A program made the position numbers and the translations under genes. Positions 13,159 through 22,257 of a DNA stretch of 64,000 bases are shown here, piece by piece. The first letter of the stretch is position 1. Every line of letters starts with the position of its first letter. The notes beneath the pieces are model-generated. The model searched no databases. It saw nothing but the letters and a program-made list of their open reading frames with translations, and was not told the origin of the DNA. Source of the stretch: an uncultured Spirochaetota bacterium (GTDB lineage: Bacteria; Spirochaetota; Spirochaetia; SZUA-6; Fen-1364); the NCBI GenBank assembly GCA_963734545.1, contig CAVTHO010000009.1:96001-160000 (forward strand), read 5' to 3'.

Positions 13159-16100
13159 ACGTCGGCCACCTGCGGGTATTCACGCAGGCCGGCGAGCACC
13201 TCCTCGGCATGCGCGACCCTGATCTGCGACGAGGCTTCCACGACGATCTCCCGGCCGTTGCCGCTTCCGAGGTGGAAGAAGAGCGAGCAGCCGCCCCGCC
13301 TGTCCAGCAGGAATTCACGGATCTTGTGAAGGCTCTCCTCGGTGCCTACTTCTTCGTTGAGCCTGACGTGCACCGCCTGCGCCGGCTTCTGCGGCAGCGC
13401 TCCCGGCGCCATGATGTCCTCTACCTTCACTTTCGCCTCTCCCCTCGTGGTATCGATCTTTCCCCTGACCCCGACGATGGAGTCATTCGCAATGAGCGCG
13501 CGTCTCGCATCATAGACATCCGAAAAAATGATCAGCTCGATGGAACCGCGGTAGTCCTCCAGCCGGGCAAAGGCCATGGTCCTGCCGTTGCGGGTGCGTA
13601 TTTCCCGCAGCTCGCTCAGGATCCCGACCAGGTTGCAGGCCCGCTCGTTGGAAAGGCTCTCCTTTGCGGAGAGGTCCACCGTCACGGTGCGCGCAATGAG
13701 CTCCCGCCAGGCATCCAGCGGGTGCCCGGAAAAGAAGAAGCCGAGGTTCTCCTTTTCCGACTCCAGGAGTTTTGCCGCCGGCAGCTCCGGCTGGCGCTCG
13801 AGATCCATGGCTGCGGCGGGCGCGTCGGCAGCCCCTTCGAACAGCGACACCTGGCCGTAGCGCGCAGCTTCCCGCTGTTTCGCGCAGAGCTCCATGACCT
13901 TCGCCATGTTGTGCAGGAGGGTGGCGCGTGTCTCCCCCAGGCGGTCGAACGCCCCCGTGATCACCAGGCTCTCCGCCACTTTGCGGTTCACCTCGTGCGA
14001 GTCGATCCGGTTGAAGAAATCCAGGAAGCCGGCGAATGGGCCGTTCTTCTCCCGCTCACCGATGATGGCGTCCACCGCCCCGGCGCCCACGTTCTTGATG
14101 CCCAGAAGACCGAAAACGATCTTCCCCTTCTCGACCGTAAAGTCTTTCTGCGAGAGGTTGACATCCGGAGGGAGCACCTCGATGCCCATCTCACGCGCCT
14201 CGTGGATGAGCTGGGCCATGCGGTCCGTGTCGCTCATCTCGTTCGTGCAGTTGGCCGCGATGAACTCCGCCGGGTGGTTGGCCTTGAGCCAGATCGTATG
14301 ATAGGCGGGGATGGTGTATGCGGCGGCATGGCTCTTGTTGAACCCGTAGCCGCTGAACGCAAAGAGGAGCTCGAATATCCTTTCCGACGTGGCGGCGTCA
14401 TAGCCGTTGGCTTTGGACCCGGTGAGGAACTTCTCCTTCATCTTGAGCATTTCCTCGGGCTTCTTCTTTCCCATTGCCCTGCGGAGGATGTCGGCCTGGC
14501 CCAGTGTAAACCCCGCCACGACCTGGGCCATCTCCATGACCTGCTCCTGGTAGACCGGGACGCCGTAGGTCTCCTTCAGGACGCTCTCCAGCTCCGGCAG
14601 CGGGTACTCGATCCGCTTCCGGCCGGACTTGTTTTCCACGAATGTGTCGATGTGGTCCATGGCCCCGGGCCGGTACAGCGCGTTCAAGGCGATAAGGTCC
14701 TCGATCTTGCCCGGCCGCGCCTTCTTCAATACGCCCTGCATGCCCGAGCTTTCGAACTGGAAGGCTCCCGTGCTCTTGCCCTCGCAGAACATTCTGAAGG
14801 TGGCGGGGTCATCCTCGGGAATGGATTTCAGCTCGATGGCAACACCCTTTTTCCGCACGAGCGCGAGGGCGTCCTCGATCACCGTGAGCGTCTTCAGGCC
14901 GAGGAAATCCATCTTGACCAGCCCGCACTCCTCGAGGAAATCCATTGTGTACTGGGTGGAAACGAGACCCGTCTTGGGATCGCGATACAGCGGCACGTAC
15001 CGCACGAGCGGCTCCCTGCCGACCACGATGCCCGCCGCGTGCGTGGAGGCGTGCCGGTGCAGACCCTCCAGCTTCAGGCTGATCTCGATCAGCTCCTTGT
15101 ACTGCGGCCCGCGGTTGGCCACCTCCTCCAGCTTCGGGTTTTCCTTCAGCGCCGTGTCCAGGTCGATCTTGGGGCCTTCGGGAACGAGCTTGGCGATGGC
15201 GTCCGCTTCGTCGTAGGGAAGGTCGAGGACACGCGCCACGTCGCGGATCACCGCGCGGGCCTTCAGCGTGCCGAACGTGATGATCTGGCCGACCTTGTCC
15301 TCACCGTATTTGCGGGTGACGTAGGAGATGACCTCATCCCTTCGGCGATGGCAGAAATCGATGTCGAAGTCGGGCATGGACACCCGTTCGGGATTGAGGA
15401 ACCGCTCGAAGAGCAGGCCGTACTTCAATGGATCGATGTCGGTGATCTTGAGGCTGTACGCCACGAGGGAGCCCGCACCGGAGCCCCGGCCCGGGCCCAC
15501 GGCGATGCCGTTCTCCTTGGCGTAGTGGATGAAGTCCCAGACGATGAGGAAGTAGCCGGTGAAGCCCATGGAGGTGATGATGGAAAGCTCGTATTCGAGC
15601 CGCTTCGCAGTCTCCGGAGGCACCGGGTCGAACCTCTCTGCGAGCCCCTTGCGGGCGAGGTCCGTGAGGTAGCCTTCCGGCGTGGTGCCGGCCGGCACCA
15701 CGTACACGGGAAACTGCGGGCTGAGGCTCGGTATCTCCAGGGTGCATGACTCGGCGATCGCCACCGTGTTCGCGATGGCCTCGGGCAGCTCGGCGAATAC
15801 ATTCGCCATCTCGTCCCCGGACTTGAAGTAGAACTCGGGGTGCTCGAACTTCATCCGCTTGCCCTCGGACACCTTCTTGCCGGTGCCGATGCAGATGAGC
15901 ACGTCCTGCGCGCGCGCGTCCTCCCGGGCGGTGTAGTGCACGTCATTCGTGGCGACGAGCGGGATACCCGTTTCACGGGAAAGCTTCACGAGCTCCTTGT
16001 TCACGAGCGCCTGTTCGGGGATCCCGTGGTCCTGCAGCTCCAGGTAGAAGCCGTCCGGCCCGAAAAGCTCCCGGTAGTACAGCGCGCGCGTCCGGGCCTC

Positions 16101-16562
16101 GTCCGGCTGGCCATTCAGGATCGCGGCAGGGATGTCGCCGGCAAGGCAGGCGCTGAGGGCGATGAGCCCTTCGTGGTGCTGCTCGAGGAGCTCGTCGTCG
16201 ATGCGGGGCTTGTAGTAGAAGCCTTCCGTGTACCCCAGGGAGCTGAGCGCGAGAAGGTTCTCGTACCCTTTCAGGTTGCGGGCGAGAAGCACGAGGTGAT
16301 GATGCCGCGTGCCCTTCTCACTGCCCGACTTTTCGCGGCGTGACCGGGGCGCCTTGTAGCATTCGGAGCCGATGATGGGCGCGACGCCCCCCTTCCTGCA
16401 TTCCTTGTAAAACGCGAGTGATCCGAACATGTTGCCATGGTCGGTCAGCGCAAGATGAGACATGCCCAGGTGTTTCGCGCGGGCCACCAGGGCTTCTATG
16501 GAGGAAGCGCCGTCAAGGAGAGAGAAATCCGAATGGCAATGCAGGTGCACGAACGGTGTCAC
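13146..16562 (-). CDS. dnaE: DNA polymerase III alpha subunit
   Basis: FVHLHCHSDFSLLDG, GPGRGSGAGS, MPDFDIDF, KMDFLGL, YGFNKSH; 1138 aa, no intein-sized insert. Confidence 0.99.
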   Translation of the reverse strand: MTPFVHLHCHSDFSLLDGASSIEALVARAKHLGMSHLALTDHGNMFGSLAFYKECRKGGVAPIIGSECYKAPRSRREKSGSEKGTRHHHLVLLARNLKGYENLLALSSLGYTEGFYYKPRIDDELLEQHHEGLIALSACLAGDIPAAILNGQPDEARTRALYYRELFGPDGFYLELQDHGIPEQALVNKELVKLSRETGIPLVATNDVHYTAREDARAQDVLICIGTGKKVSEGKRMKFEHPEFYFKSGDEMANVFAELPEAIANTVAIAESCTLEIPSLSPQFPVYVVPAGTTPEGYLTDLARKGLAERFDPVPPETAKRLEYELSIITSMGFTGYFLIVWDFIHYAKENGIAVGPGRGSGAGSLVAYSLKITDIDPLKYGLLFERFLNPERVSMPDFDIDFCHRRRDEVISYVTRKYGEDKVGQIITFGTLKARAVIRDVARVLDLPYDEADAIAKLVPEGPKIDLDTALKENPKLEEVANRGPQYKELIEISLKLEGLHRHASTHAAGIVVGREPLVRYVPLYRDPKTGLVSTQYTMDFLEECGLVKMDFLGLKTLTVIEDALALVRKKGVAIELKSIPEDDPATFRMFCEGKSTGAFQFESSGMQGVLKKARPGKIEDLIALNALYRPGAMDHIDTFVENKSGRKRIEYPLPELESVLKETYGVPVYQEQVMEMAQVVAGFTLGQADILRRAMGKKKPEEMLKMKEKFLTGSKANGYDAATSERIFELLFAFSGYGFNKSHAAAYTIPAYHTIWLKANHPAEFIAANCTNEMSDTDRMAQLIHEAREMGIEVLPPDVNLSQKDFTVEKGKIVFGLLGIKNVGAGAVDAIIGEREKNGPFAGFLDFFNRIDSHEVNRKVAESLVITGAFDRLGETRATLLHNMAKVMELCAKQREAARYGQVSLFEGAADAPAAAMDLERQPELPAAKLLESEKENLGFFFSGHPLDAWRELIARTVTVDLSAKESLSNERACNLVGILSELREIRTRNGRTMAFARLEDYRGSIELIIFSDVYDARRALIANDSIVGVRGKIDTTRGEAKVKVEDIMAPGALPQKPAQAVHVRLNEEVGTEESLHKIREFLLDRRGGCSLFFHLGSGNGREIVVEASSQIRVAHAEEVLAGLREYPQVADVWTE

Positions 16563-16697
16563 GCGACGCGGGCCCCCTCCCTAGGCATGGACGCCGAGGG
16601 CGCGCGAGTGCAGGGATGTACTTTAGCGCGCCAGCCCCGACATGATAACCGTGCGCGCACTCCGTGTAAAGAGAACCCGTGCACGGTATCCCGTGCG

Positions 16698-17885
16698 TCA
16701 CCGGCGGCAGGCTTCTCCGACTTCCACGACCGCGCGGATGACCCGTGCGACCTCCTGGTCGGTGAGCGAGGCGCTCAGGGGAAGGCTGATGCAGGAGCGA
16801 AAGCACCGCAGCGCGGAGGGGAAGTCATCCGGCTTCAGGGAATACTTGTCCCGATAGTAGGACATGAGGTGCAGGGGAATGAAATGGACCGAGACGCCTA
16901 TTCCCCGCTTCACGAGCTCCTCGATGAAGCCGTCCCTGTCGATGGACAGCTTTGCTTCCCTGATTCTGATGATGAAAAGGTGCCAGGCGTGGTTGTCCGA
17001 CCGGGGAGGCACCTGCAGGAAATCGAGGCCCCCGAATGCCGCCAGGTATTTCAACGCAACGGCGCGGCGCTGCAGAAGAAGGGTTTCCGCCTTCTGGAGC
17101 TGCACCCTTCCGATGGCGGCGGCGAGATCCGTGAGATTGTACTTGTAGCCCGGTGCCACGACATCGTACCTCCACGTGGCCCCCGGATCCGTGTACCGCT
17201 TCCAGACGTCCCTGTCGATCCCGTGCAGGCGCATGACGCGGATGCGCCGCGCCAGCTCATCCCTGTCGGTGACGACCATTCCCCCTTCTCCCGTGGTGAT
17301 GGTTTTGGTTGCATAGAAGGAGAAGACCCCTGCATCGCCCAGCGTGCCCAGAAACCGGTTTCCCATGCGCACGGGGAACGCGTGTGCGGCGTCTTCCACC
17401 ACCGGTACGCCGTAGGTGACGGAGAGACGGCCAATGGCCTCCATGTCGCAGGGCAGTCCGGCCAGATGCACGGGAATGATGGCGGACACCCGCCGCCCCG
17501 CCCGTGCCATCCGGTCCAGCGTCTCCTCCAGGCGGGAGACGTCGATGTTCAGCGTGGCGGGGTCGATGTCGACAAAGACGGGATCCGCGCCGAGATAACG
17601 AACGACCTCGGCCGTTGCCGCGAAAGTGAACGGCGTGGTGAGCACGACGCTGCCCGGGCTCACGCCGAGTGATTCGAGGGCCAGGTGCAGACCGGCGGTG
17701 GCGGAATTGAGGGCAATCGCGTGCCGGGAGCCCGCGTATGCGGCGAACTCCGATTCGAACCGCGCCGCCACGTCGCCCGTCGTGAGCCACCCGGACCGCA
17801 TCACGGCAAGGACGGCATCCTCCTCCTCCTTGCCAAGGGACGGACGGGAGAAGGGAACAAATGGGGCGGACGGAACTTCACTCAC
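16698..17885 (-). CDS. DegT/DnrJ/EryC1/StrS PLP-dependent sugar aminotransferase
   Basis: NSATAGLHL, VEDAAHA, FSFYATKTITTGEGG, GYKYNLTD. Confidence 0.93.
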   Translation of the reverse strand: MSEVPSAPFVPFSRPSLGKEEEDAVLAVMRSGWLTTGDVAARFESEFAAYAGSRHAIALNSATAGLHLALESLGVSPGSVVLTTPFTFAATAEVVRYLGADPVFVDIDPATLNIDVSRLEETLDRMARAGRRVSAIIPVHLAGLPCDMEAIGRLSVTYGVPVVEDAAHAFPVRMGNRFLGTLGDAGVFSFYATKTITTGEGGMVVTDRDELARRIRVMRLHGIDRDVWKRYTDPGATWRYDVVAPGYKYNLTDLAAAIGRVQLQKAETLLLQRRAVALKYLAAFGGLDFLQVPPRSDNHAWHLFIIRIREAKLSIDRDGFIEELVKRGIGVSVHFIPLHLMSYYRDKYSLKPDDFPSALRCFRSCISLPLSASLTDQEVARVIRAVVEVGEACRR

Positions 17886-17925
17886 CGTGCTTCCCTGGCG
17901 GCGCGGCACTCCGCGCCTCGTCAAG

Positions 17926-19404
17926 TCAGAACTCCTTCTCTTCATGCGCGGGACCGATGCCCGGGATCACCTCCTGCAGCACCGCGCGCAGCGCGCGCTT
18001 GTTGCGGAAGAGCGCGGCACATTGCGCGTCGCGGAAACAAATCGGCCGAAGCCGCTCCAGGACCGTGACAATCCTGCCGTTTATGAGAGTCTTCCTCCTG
18101 AGCTTGAGGATCTTGGGATGCTCGGTTTTTTCCGGTGTCTCGGTATCGGCGTACAGCTTTTCCAGCAGCTTTTCGCCCTTGCGGAGACCGGTATACAGGA
18201 GGGGGATATCGTTGCCCGGCTCGTAGCCGTAGAACCGGATCATCTGCTCGGCCAGATCCTTGATGGAGACGCTCTCTCCCATGTCGAGGAGGTAGACCTC
18301 ACCTCCGGATCCGACGCCTCCTGCTTTCAAGACCAGGGAAGAGGCCTCGGGGATGGTCATGAAGTATCGCCGGGCTTCCGGATGCGTGACCGTCACCGGC
18401 CCGCCCTTGAGGATCTGGCGGCGGAAAAGGGGCAGGATGCTGCCGCTGGAGCCCAGGACATTGCCGAATCGGACGACCAGGAAGTGAAGGCCGTTCCTGC
18501 CCTCTCGCAGGACGATCTCCTCCGCCAGCAGCTTGGAGGCGCCGTACACGGAGCTGGGCTCCACCGCCTTGTCCGTGGAGATGAGCACAAACCTCTCCAC
18601 GCCGCTCTTTCTGGACGCATCCACGATGTTCCTGGTTCCGAAGACATTGTTCTTCACCGCCTCGACGGGATTGGCCTCCATCAACGGCACGTGCTTGTGG
18701 GCGGCGGTGTGGAACACGACGTGCGCGCGCGTGCGGGACAGGATGAAGTGCAGGTAGTCCCCATCCTGCATCTCGCCGATTATCGGCACGATGGTCGCTT
18801 TCTCCCCGACGCCCTCTTCCTGGAGCAGGCGCAGCTCGTGCTCGATCTTGTAGATGCTGTTCTCCCCGTGGCCGAACAGGTACAACCTCTCCGCGCCGCC
18901 CTCCAGGAGCTGGCGGCAGAGCTCGGACCCGATGCTCCCGCCGGCGCCGGTCACGAGCACTCTCTTCCCCCGCACGTAGGCGAGGCTCTTTTTCAAATTC
19001 ACGCGCACCGGGTCGCGCGCCAGGAAGTCCTCGGGATCGATCTCGCGCGCCTGGATGAGGTGCGCCTCGCCGTCGAGTATCTGCGCGATCTGGGGCACGA
19101 TGCGGATCCTGGCGAACCGGGCCCGACGGAGGATGGCGTAGATCTTGGCGAGCTGTTCGCGTGTCGCGCTGGGAATCGCGATGATCGCCTCGTCTGCCGG
19201 CGTGGTCTTGATCATGCGGGCGGCCGCCTCGATGGGCCCCAGCACCGGGATCCCGTCGATACGCCTGCCGATCTTCGCCGGGTCGTCGTCCAGGAATGCG
19301 ACCACACGGCCGAAGACCCTCTTGGTCCTGATCTCGGCCGCAATCGTGATGCCCGTGAAGCCCGCGCCGATCACGTAGATGGTGTTGCGCGAATCGTCCG
19401 CCAT
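17926..19404 (-). CDS. Nucleotide-sugar 4,6-dehydratase (CapD/PglF-like), no N-terminal TM helices
   Basis: VLVTGAGGSIGSEL, HTAAHKHVP, ISTDKAV, YGASK, VRFGNVLGSSGS, GLRKGEKL. Confidence 0.92.
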   Translation of the reverse strand: MADDSRNTIYVIGAGFTGITIAAEIRTKRVFGRVVAFLDDDPAKIGRRIDGIPVLGPIEAAARMIKTTPADEAIIAIPSATREQLAKIYAILRRARFARIRIVPQIAQILDGEAHLIQAREIDPEDFLARDPVRVNLKKSLAYVRGKRVLVTGAGGSIGSELCRQLLEGGAERLYLFGHGENSIYKIEHELRLLQEEGVGEKATIVPIIGEMQDGDYLHFILSRTRAHVVFHTAAHKHVPLMEANPVEAVKNNVFGTRNIVDASRKSGVERFVLISTDKAVEPSSVYGASKLLAEEIVLREGRNGLHFLVVRFGNVLGSSGSILPLFRRQILKGGPVTVTHPEARRYFMTIPEASSLVLKAGGVGSGGEVYLLDMGESVSIKDLAEQMIRFYGYEPGNDIPLLYTGLRKGEKLLEKLYADTETPEKTEHPKILKLRRKTLINGRIVTVLERLRPICFRDAQCAALFRNKRALRAVLQEVIPGIGPAHEEKEF

Positions 19405-19455
19405 TACTATGAATGTCGGAAGGTTTGAGACGCGCATGAGCGGACGCGGTGCTCG

Positions 19456-20007
19456 CTAGCCGGGCTGCGGCGCCCCCGGGGGGGGCCCTCCCTCCACGCG
19501 CGCTTCCAGCGAATCGAACCCGAAGTCCACCTCGAACGAGTTGTCGTACATCGCCAGGCGCACCTTGGCGCGCCCCTTGCGGCGGTCCACCCGGACAATC
19601 ATCCCCTCCAGGCCTTTGAGCGGGCCCGAGACGATTCTGATGCTCTTGTTCTCGTCGAAGTATGCCACGGATTTCTTCACGATTTCCCCGAAGGAGAGAA
19701 AGTGGGAAAGAAGGTCCTGGTCCCTTTTCTCCAAAGGCGCGATCTTCTCATTCGACGGAAGAAATCGGATGAAACCGGGAGCGCGTTTCAGGCCGGCGTA
19801 GAGGGCGGGGCCGACGGAATCCGCCTGCAGGAACACATAGCTGGGAAAGATGGGGGCGAGAGAGTCGTGCCACGCGCCCAGTCTTCTGATGCGCAGGCTG
19901 CGCCGCGGCCACAGCAGCCGCGCGTCTGCCCCCCGAAGCCTCTGCTCGGCAAGTGCGAGAAAACGGGCTTCGCTTCCTGTCCAGATCTGAAGGGCGTAAT
20001 AGGCCAT
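19456..20007 (-). CDS. loaP: NusG-paralog antiterminator (LoaP/UpxY-like)
   Basis: YALQIWTGSE, PIFPSYVF, IVSGPLKGLEG, basic KOW motif VDRRKGRAKV; precedes glycan genes. Confidence 0.8.
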   Translation of the reverse strand: MAYYALQIWTGSEARFLALAEQRLRGADARLLWPRRSLRIRRLGAWHDSLAPIFPSYVFLQADSVGPALYAGLKRAPGFIRFLPSNEKIAPLEKRDQDLLSHFLSFGEIVKKSVAYFDENKSIRIVSGPLKGLEGMIVRVDRRKGRAKVRLAMYDNSFEVDFGFDSLEARVEGGPPPGAPQPG

Positions 20008-20126
20008 GTGACCCTGTCGGTTCGCCGACGGTATCACCGTGGGCACGCCTCATCAAGCCCTGTCATGAAAGCCCACGCATGGGCTGAACATCGGGCGGTG
20101 CCGATAATCGAGTGCAAGGAGTACAC

Positions 20127-20624
20127 ATGTTCAGGCGATTGCTCCCCCTGTTCTGGATGGTCCTCATCGGCGCCGTGCCGCTTGCCGCAGAGACCGTTCT
20201 GCTGGTCGTGCAGGAAAGAATCGACGGGAAACCTCTCCCTCCGCCGCTGGCGGCCAAGGAAGGGCTCGGAAGCGGCCTCTTCGACGCGGGCTTCATCGTT
20301 CTGGAGTTCCCCGACTCTGACCGGGCTCCTGACCAGGCGGCCGTGACACATACGGCGCGCTCGGCCGGAGCCGACCTGATATTGACCGTCTCCGTCGAGT
20401 ACACCGAGACCGCGGTCAGCGCGAACCTCTTCGGTCGCTCGGCACGCGCTGTCTATGCCCTCACGAACGCGGCCAACGGCATGGTCCGCGTAAAAGGGAT
20501 GCAGAACGTATCGAACAAGGACAGGGAGGCGGAGGTTGATCGACGCGCCCTCGGGGAGGAATTGGGCGCGCTCATCGCGAAGAAGGTTGCCGAGGCGCTC
20601 ACAGCAGCCGCGCCGGCGTCCTGA
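20127..20624 (+). CDS. Hypothetical secreted protein
   Basis: AAGGAG RBS; signal-peptide-like N-terminus MFRRLLPLFWMVLIGAVPLAA. Confidence 0.7.
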   Translation: MFRRLLPLFWMVLIGAVPLAAETVLLVVQERIDGKPLPPPLAAKEGLGSGLFDAGFIVLEFPDSDRAPDQAAVTHTARSAGADLILTVSVEYTETAVSANLFGRSARAVYALTNAANGMVRVKGMQNVSNKDREAEVDRRALGEELGALIAKKVAEALTAAAPAS

Positions 20625-20745
20625 GGGATGGCCTCGCACGCGCCCCGATTCTCCGCTATAATTGAAGAGTAATGCGCCGCATGGGTGAAAATTCTCGTCG
20701 GAGACTCCCCCTTTTTTCCGATCATGAAAGGAGGAGAACCTCCGT

Positions 20746-22146
20746 ATGAAGAGATGGATCGGGCTTTCCCTGCTCCTCGTGCCTCTCCTCGTGTCCGCCG
20801 CGGGCTTCTGGGACGGGAACGCCGCCCTGCAGAGGGGCGATGCTGCCTTCGAGAGCGGCCTGTACGCCGCATCCAACTCGTTCCCGAAAGACACGCGCAT
20901 CCTCATCGAAAACCTCGACACAGGAAAGACAGCCACAGCGACAATCACGGATCGGATCGAAGGGCGGTCCGACATCCTTGTTCTGCTGTCGCCGAAAACA
21001 GCCGAAGCGCTCGGCATTCCGCAGGGGACGCTTGCCAGCGTACGGGTGACGGTCACGTCCTCCCCGAGCGCCGTGACTGCGCAGCCTTCTGAGCGGGCCT
21101 ACAGCCCCGACCCGGATCTCAATCCCGCGGCAGCGTATCCCGCCGATGAAAGGGCTCGTTCGGCAGACACGAGCACCGCTTCGATGGAGAGCCTGCCTGC
21201 CCCGCAGGCGCCGGCTGCTCCCGCGCAGGCGCCGACCACGCTCGCCGAGGCGCCGCTGCCAGTCGGCACTGAGAGCCCCCCGGCCGAGAAGCCGCCGGAC
21301 CAGCAGGTCGCGGATCAGAAGGCAACGGATCAGAAGACGGCAGACCAGAAGGCGGCGGACCAAAAGGCAGCGGAACAGAAAGCGGCGGACCAGCAGGCTG
21401 ACGAGGCGATCATCGCCGCGGCAGCCGCGCGCACGCCACAAAAGCAGCTCTTCCTTCCCCCGCGGGAGGACGAGAAGTTCGTCTATCACAAGCCTGTCGA
21501 AACCACTGCAACGCAGACGGTCCAGGCTACCGCGGCGGAAACCCAGCCGCGCATCACCTCGGTCATCGGTGAGCCTGCTGCCGCGCCTGCCCCTGCCGGC
21601 ACGGGTGATATGCCGCTTGCCGAGGCCACGGCCCCGGAGGAATCTCGCGCGCAGGAGATCGTCAGCGCGGGGCCCGCGACCCCCCCCATGGGAACCGGCG
21701 GGGAATCCGCGGCTCTCGCCGCGCCCGAGCTGCTGACGGAAGGGCAGCCGGCTGTTGCGCAGGAGCCGGTGCAGACAGAGGTGAGCAGCCCCGTCGTGAC
21801 CCCGTCGACGGCGCAGGAAGCGCCGAAGCTCGCCCTCGTCGCCCCCGAGGCGCCGTCAGCCGTGCAGGCAGCGGTTGCTCCTGTGGTCAAGGCCGCGACC
21901 ATCCCCCGGATCGCAAAGACTGAAACATACTATCTCCAGCTCGGTGCCTACGCCTCGGAAAAGGTGGCGCAGGACCTTGCGGCGAGCCTCCCCTCGACGT
22001 ACCCCACGCTGGTTGTCGCGCCCGCGGGCGCGGGAACGGGGATGTTCAGGGTCCTGATAGGACCGCTCAACCGGGCCGAGAGCGGTACCGTGCTCACCCG
22101 ATTCCGCTACCGCGGATTCCCGGATGCGTTCCTGAAGCAGGAGTAG
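20746..22146 (+). CDS. Secreted SPOR-domain protein with RlpA-like N-terminus and long Pro/Ala linker
   Basis: Signal peptide; YAASNSFP..T.I.IENL..GK...LLSP.TA..LGI; C-terminal YYLQLGAY...RVLIGP...GFPDAFLK. Confidence 0.85.
   Translation: MKRWIGLSLLLVPLLVSAAGFWDGNAALQRGDAAFESGLYAASNSFPKDTRILIENLDTGKTATATITDRIEGRSDILVLLSPKTAEALGIPQGTLASVRVTVTSSPSAVTAQPSERAYSPDPDLNPAAAYPADERARSADTSTASMESLPAPQAPAAPAQAPTTLAEAPLPVGTESPPAEKPPDQQVADQKATDQKTADQKAADQKAAEQKAADQQADEAIIAAAAARTPQKQLFLPPREDEKFVYHKPVETTATQTVQATAAETQPRITSVIGEPAAAPAPAGTGDMPLAEATAPEESRAQEIVSAGPATPPMGTGGESAALAAPELLTEGQPAVAQEPVQTEVSSPVVTPSTAQEAPKLALVAPEAPSAVQAAVAPVVKAATIPRIAKTETYYLQLGAYASEKVAQDLAASLPSTYPTLVVAPAGAGTGMFRVLIGPLNRAESGTVLTRFRYRGFPDAFLKQE
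21298..21402 (+). repeat. Coding 15-bp tandem repeat, 7 degenerate units (DQKAA)
   Basis: DQQVA-DQKAT-DQKTA-DQKAA-DQKAA-EQKAA-DQQAD. Confidence 0.85.
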
Positions 22147-22154
22147 CCGCTCTC

Positions 22155-22202
22155 CCGCCCGCACGGCACTCCGTGCAATTTCTCCGCCCGCACGGTACTC
22201 CG
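22155..22202 (+). repeat. 19-bp direct repeat pair carrying a palindrome-family element
   Basis: CCGCCCGCACGGCACTCCG (22155-22173) and CCGCCCGCACGGTACTCCG (22184-22202). Confidence 0.75.
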
Positions 22203-22257
22203 ATTTCGCAGCGCGGGCGCTTGATTTCCCCCGCTGACAGTTGCACTATTGGCATGG

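Noticed and set aside
13209-15749. Long antisense ORFs (846 aa opposite dnaE; also 3143-5236, 17626-19428 and others)
   Set aside because: Expected shadows of high-GC3 codon usage, with no recognisable motifs.
13146-16562. Intein in DnaE or RpoB
   Set aside because: Normal lengths and continuous motifs.
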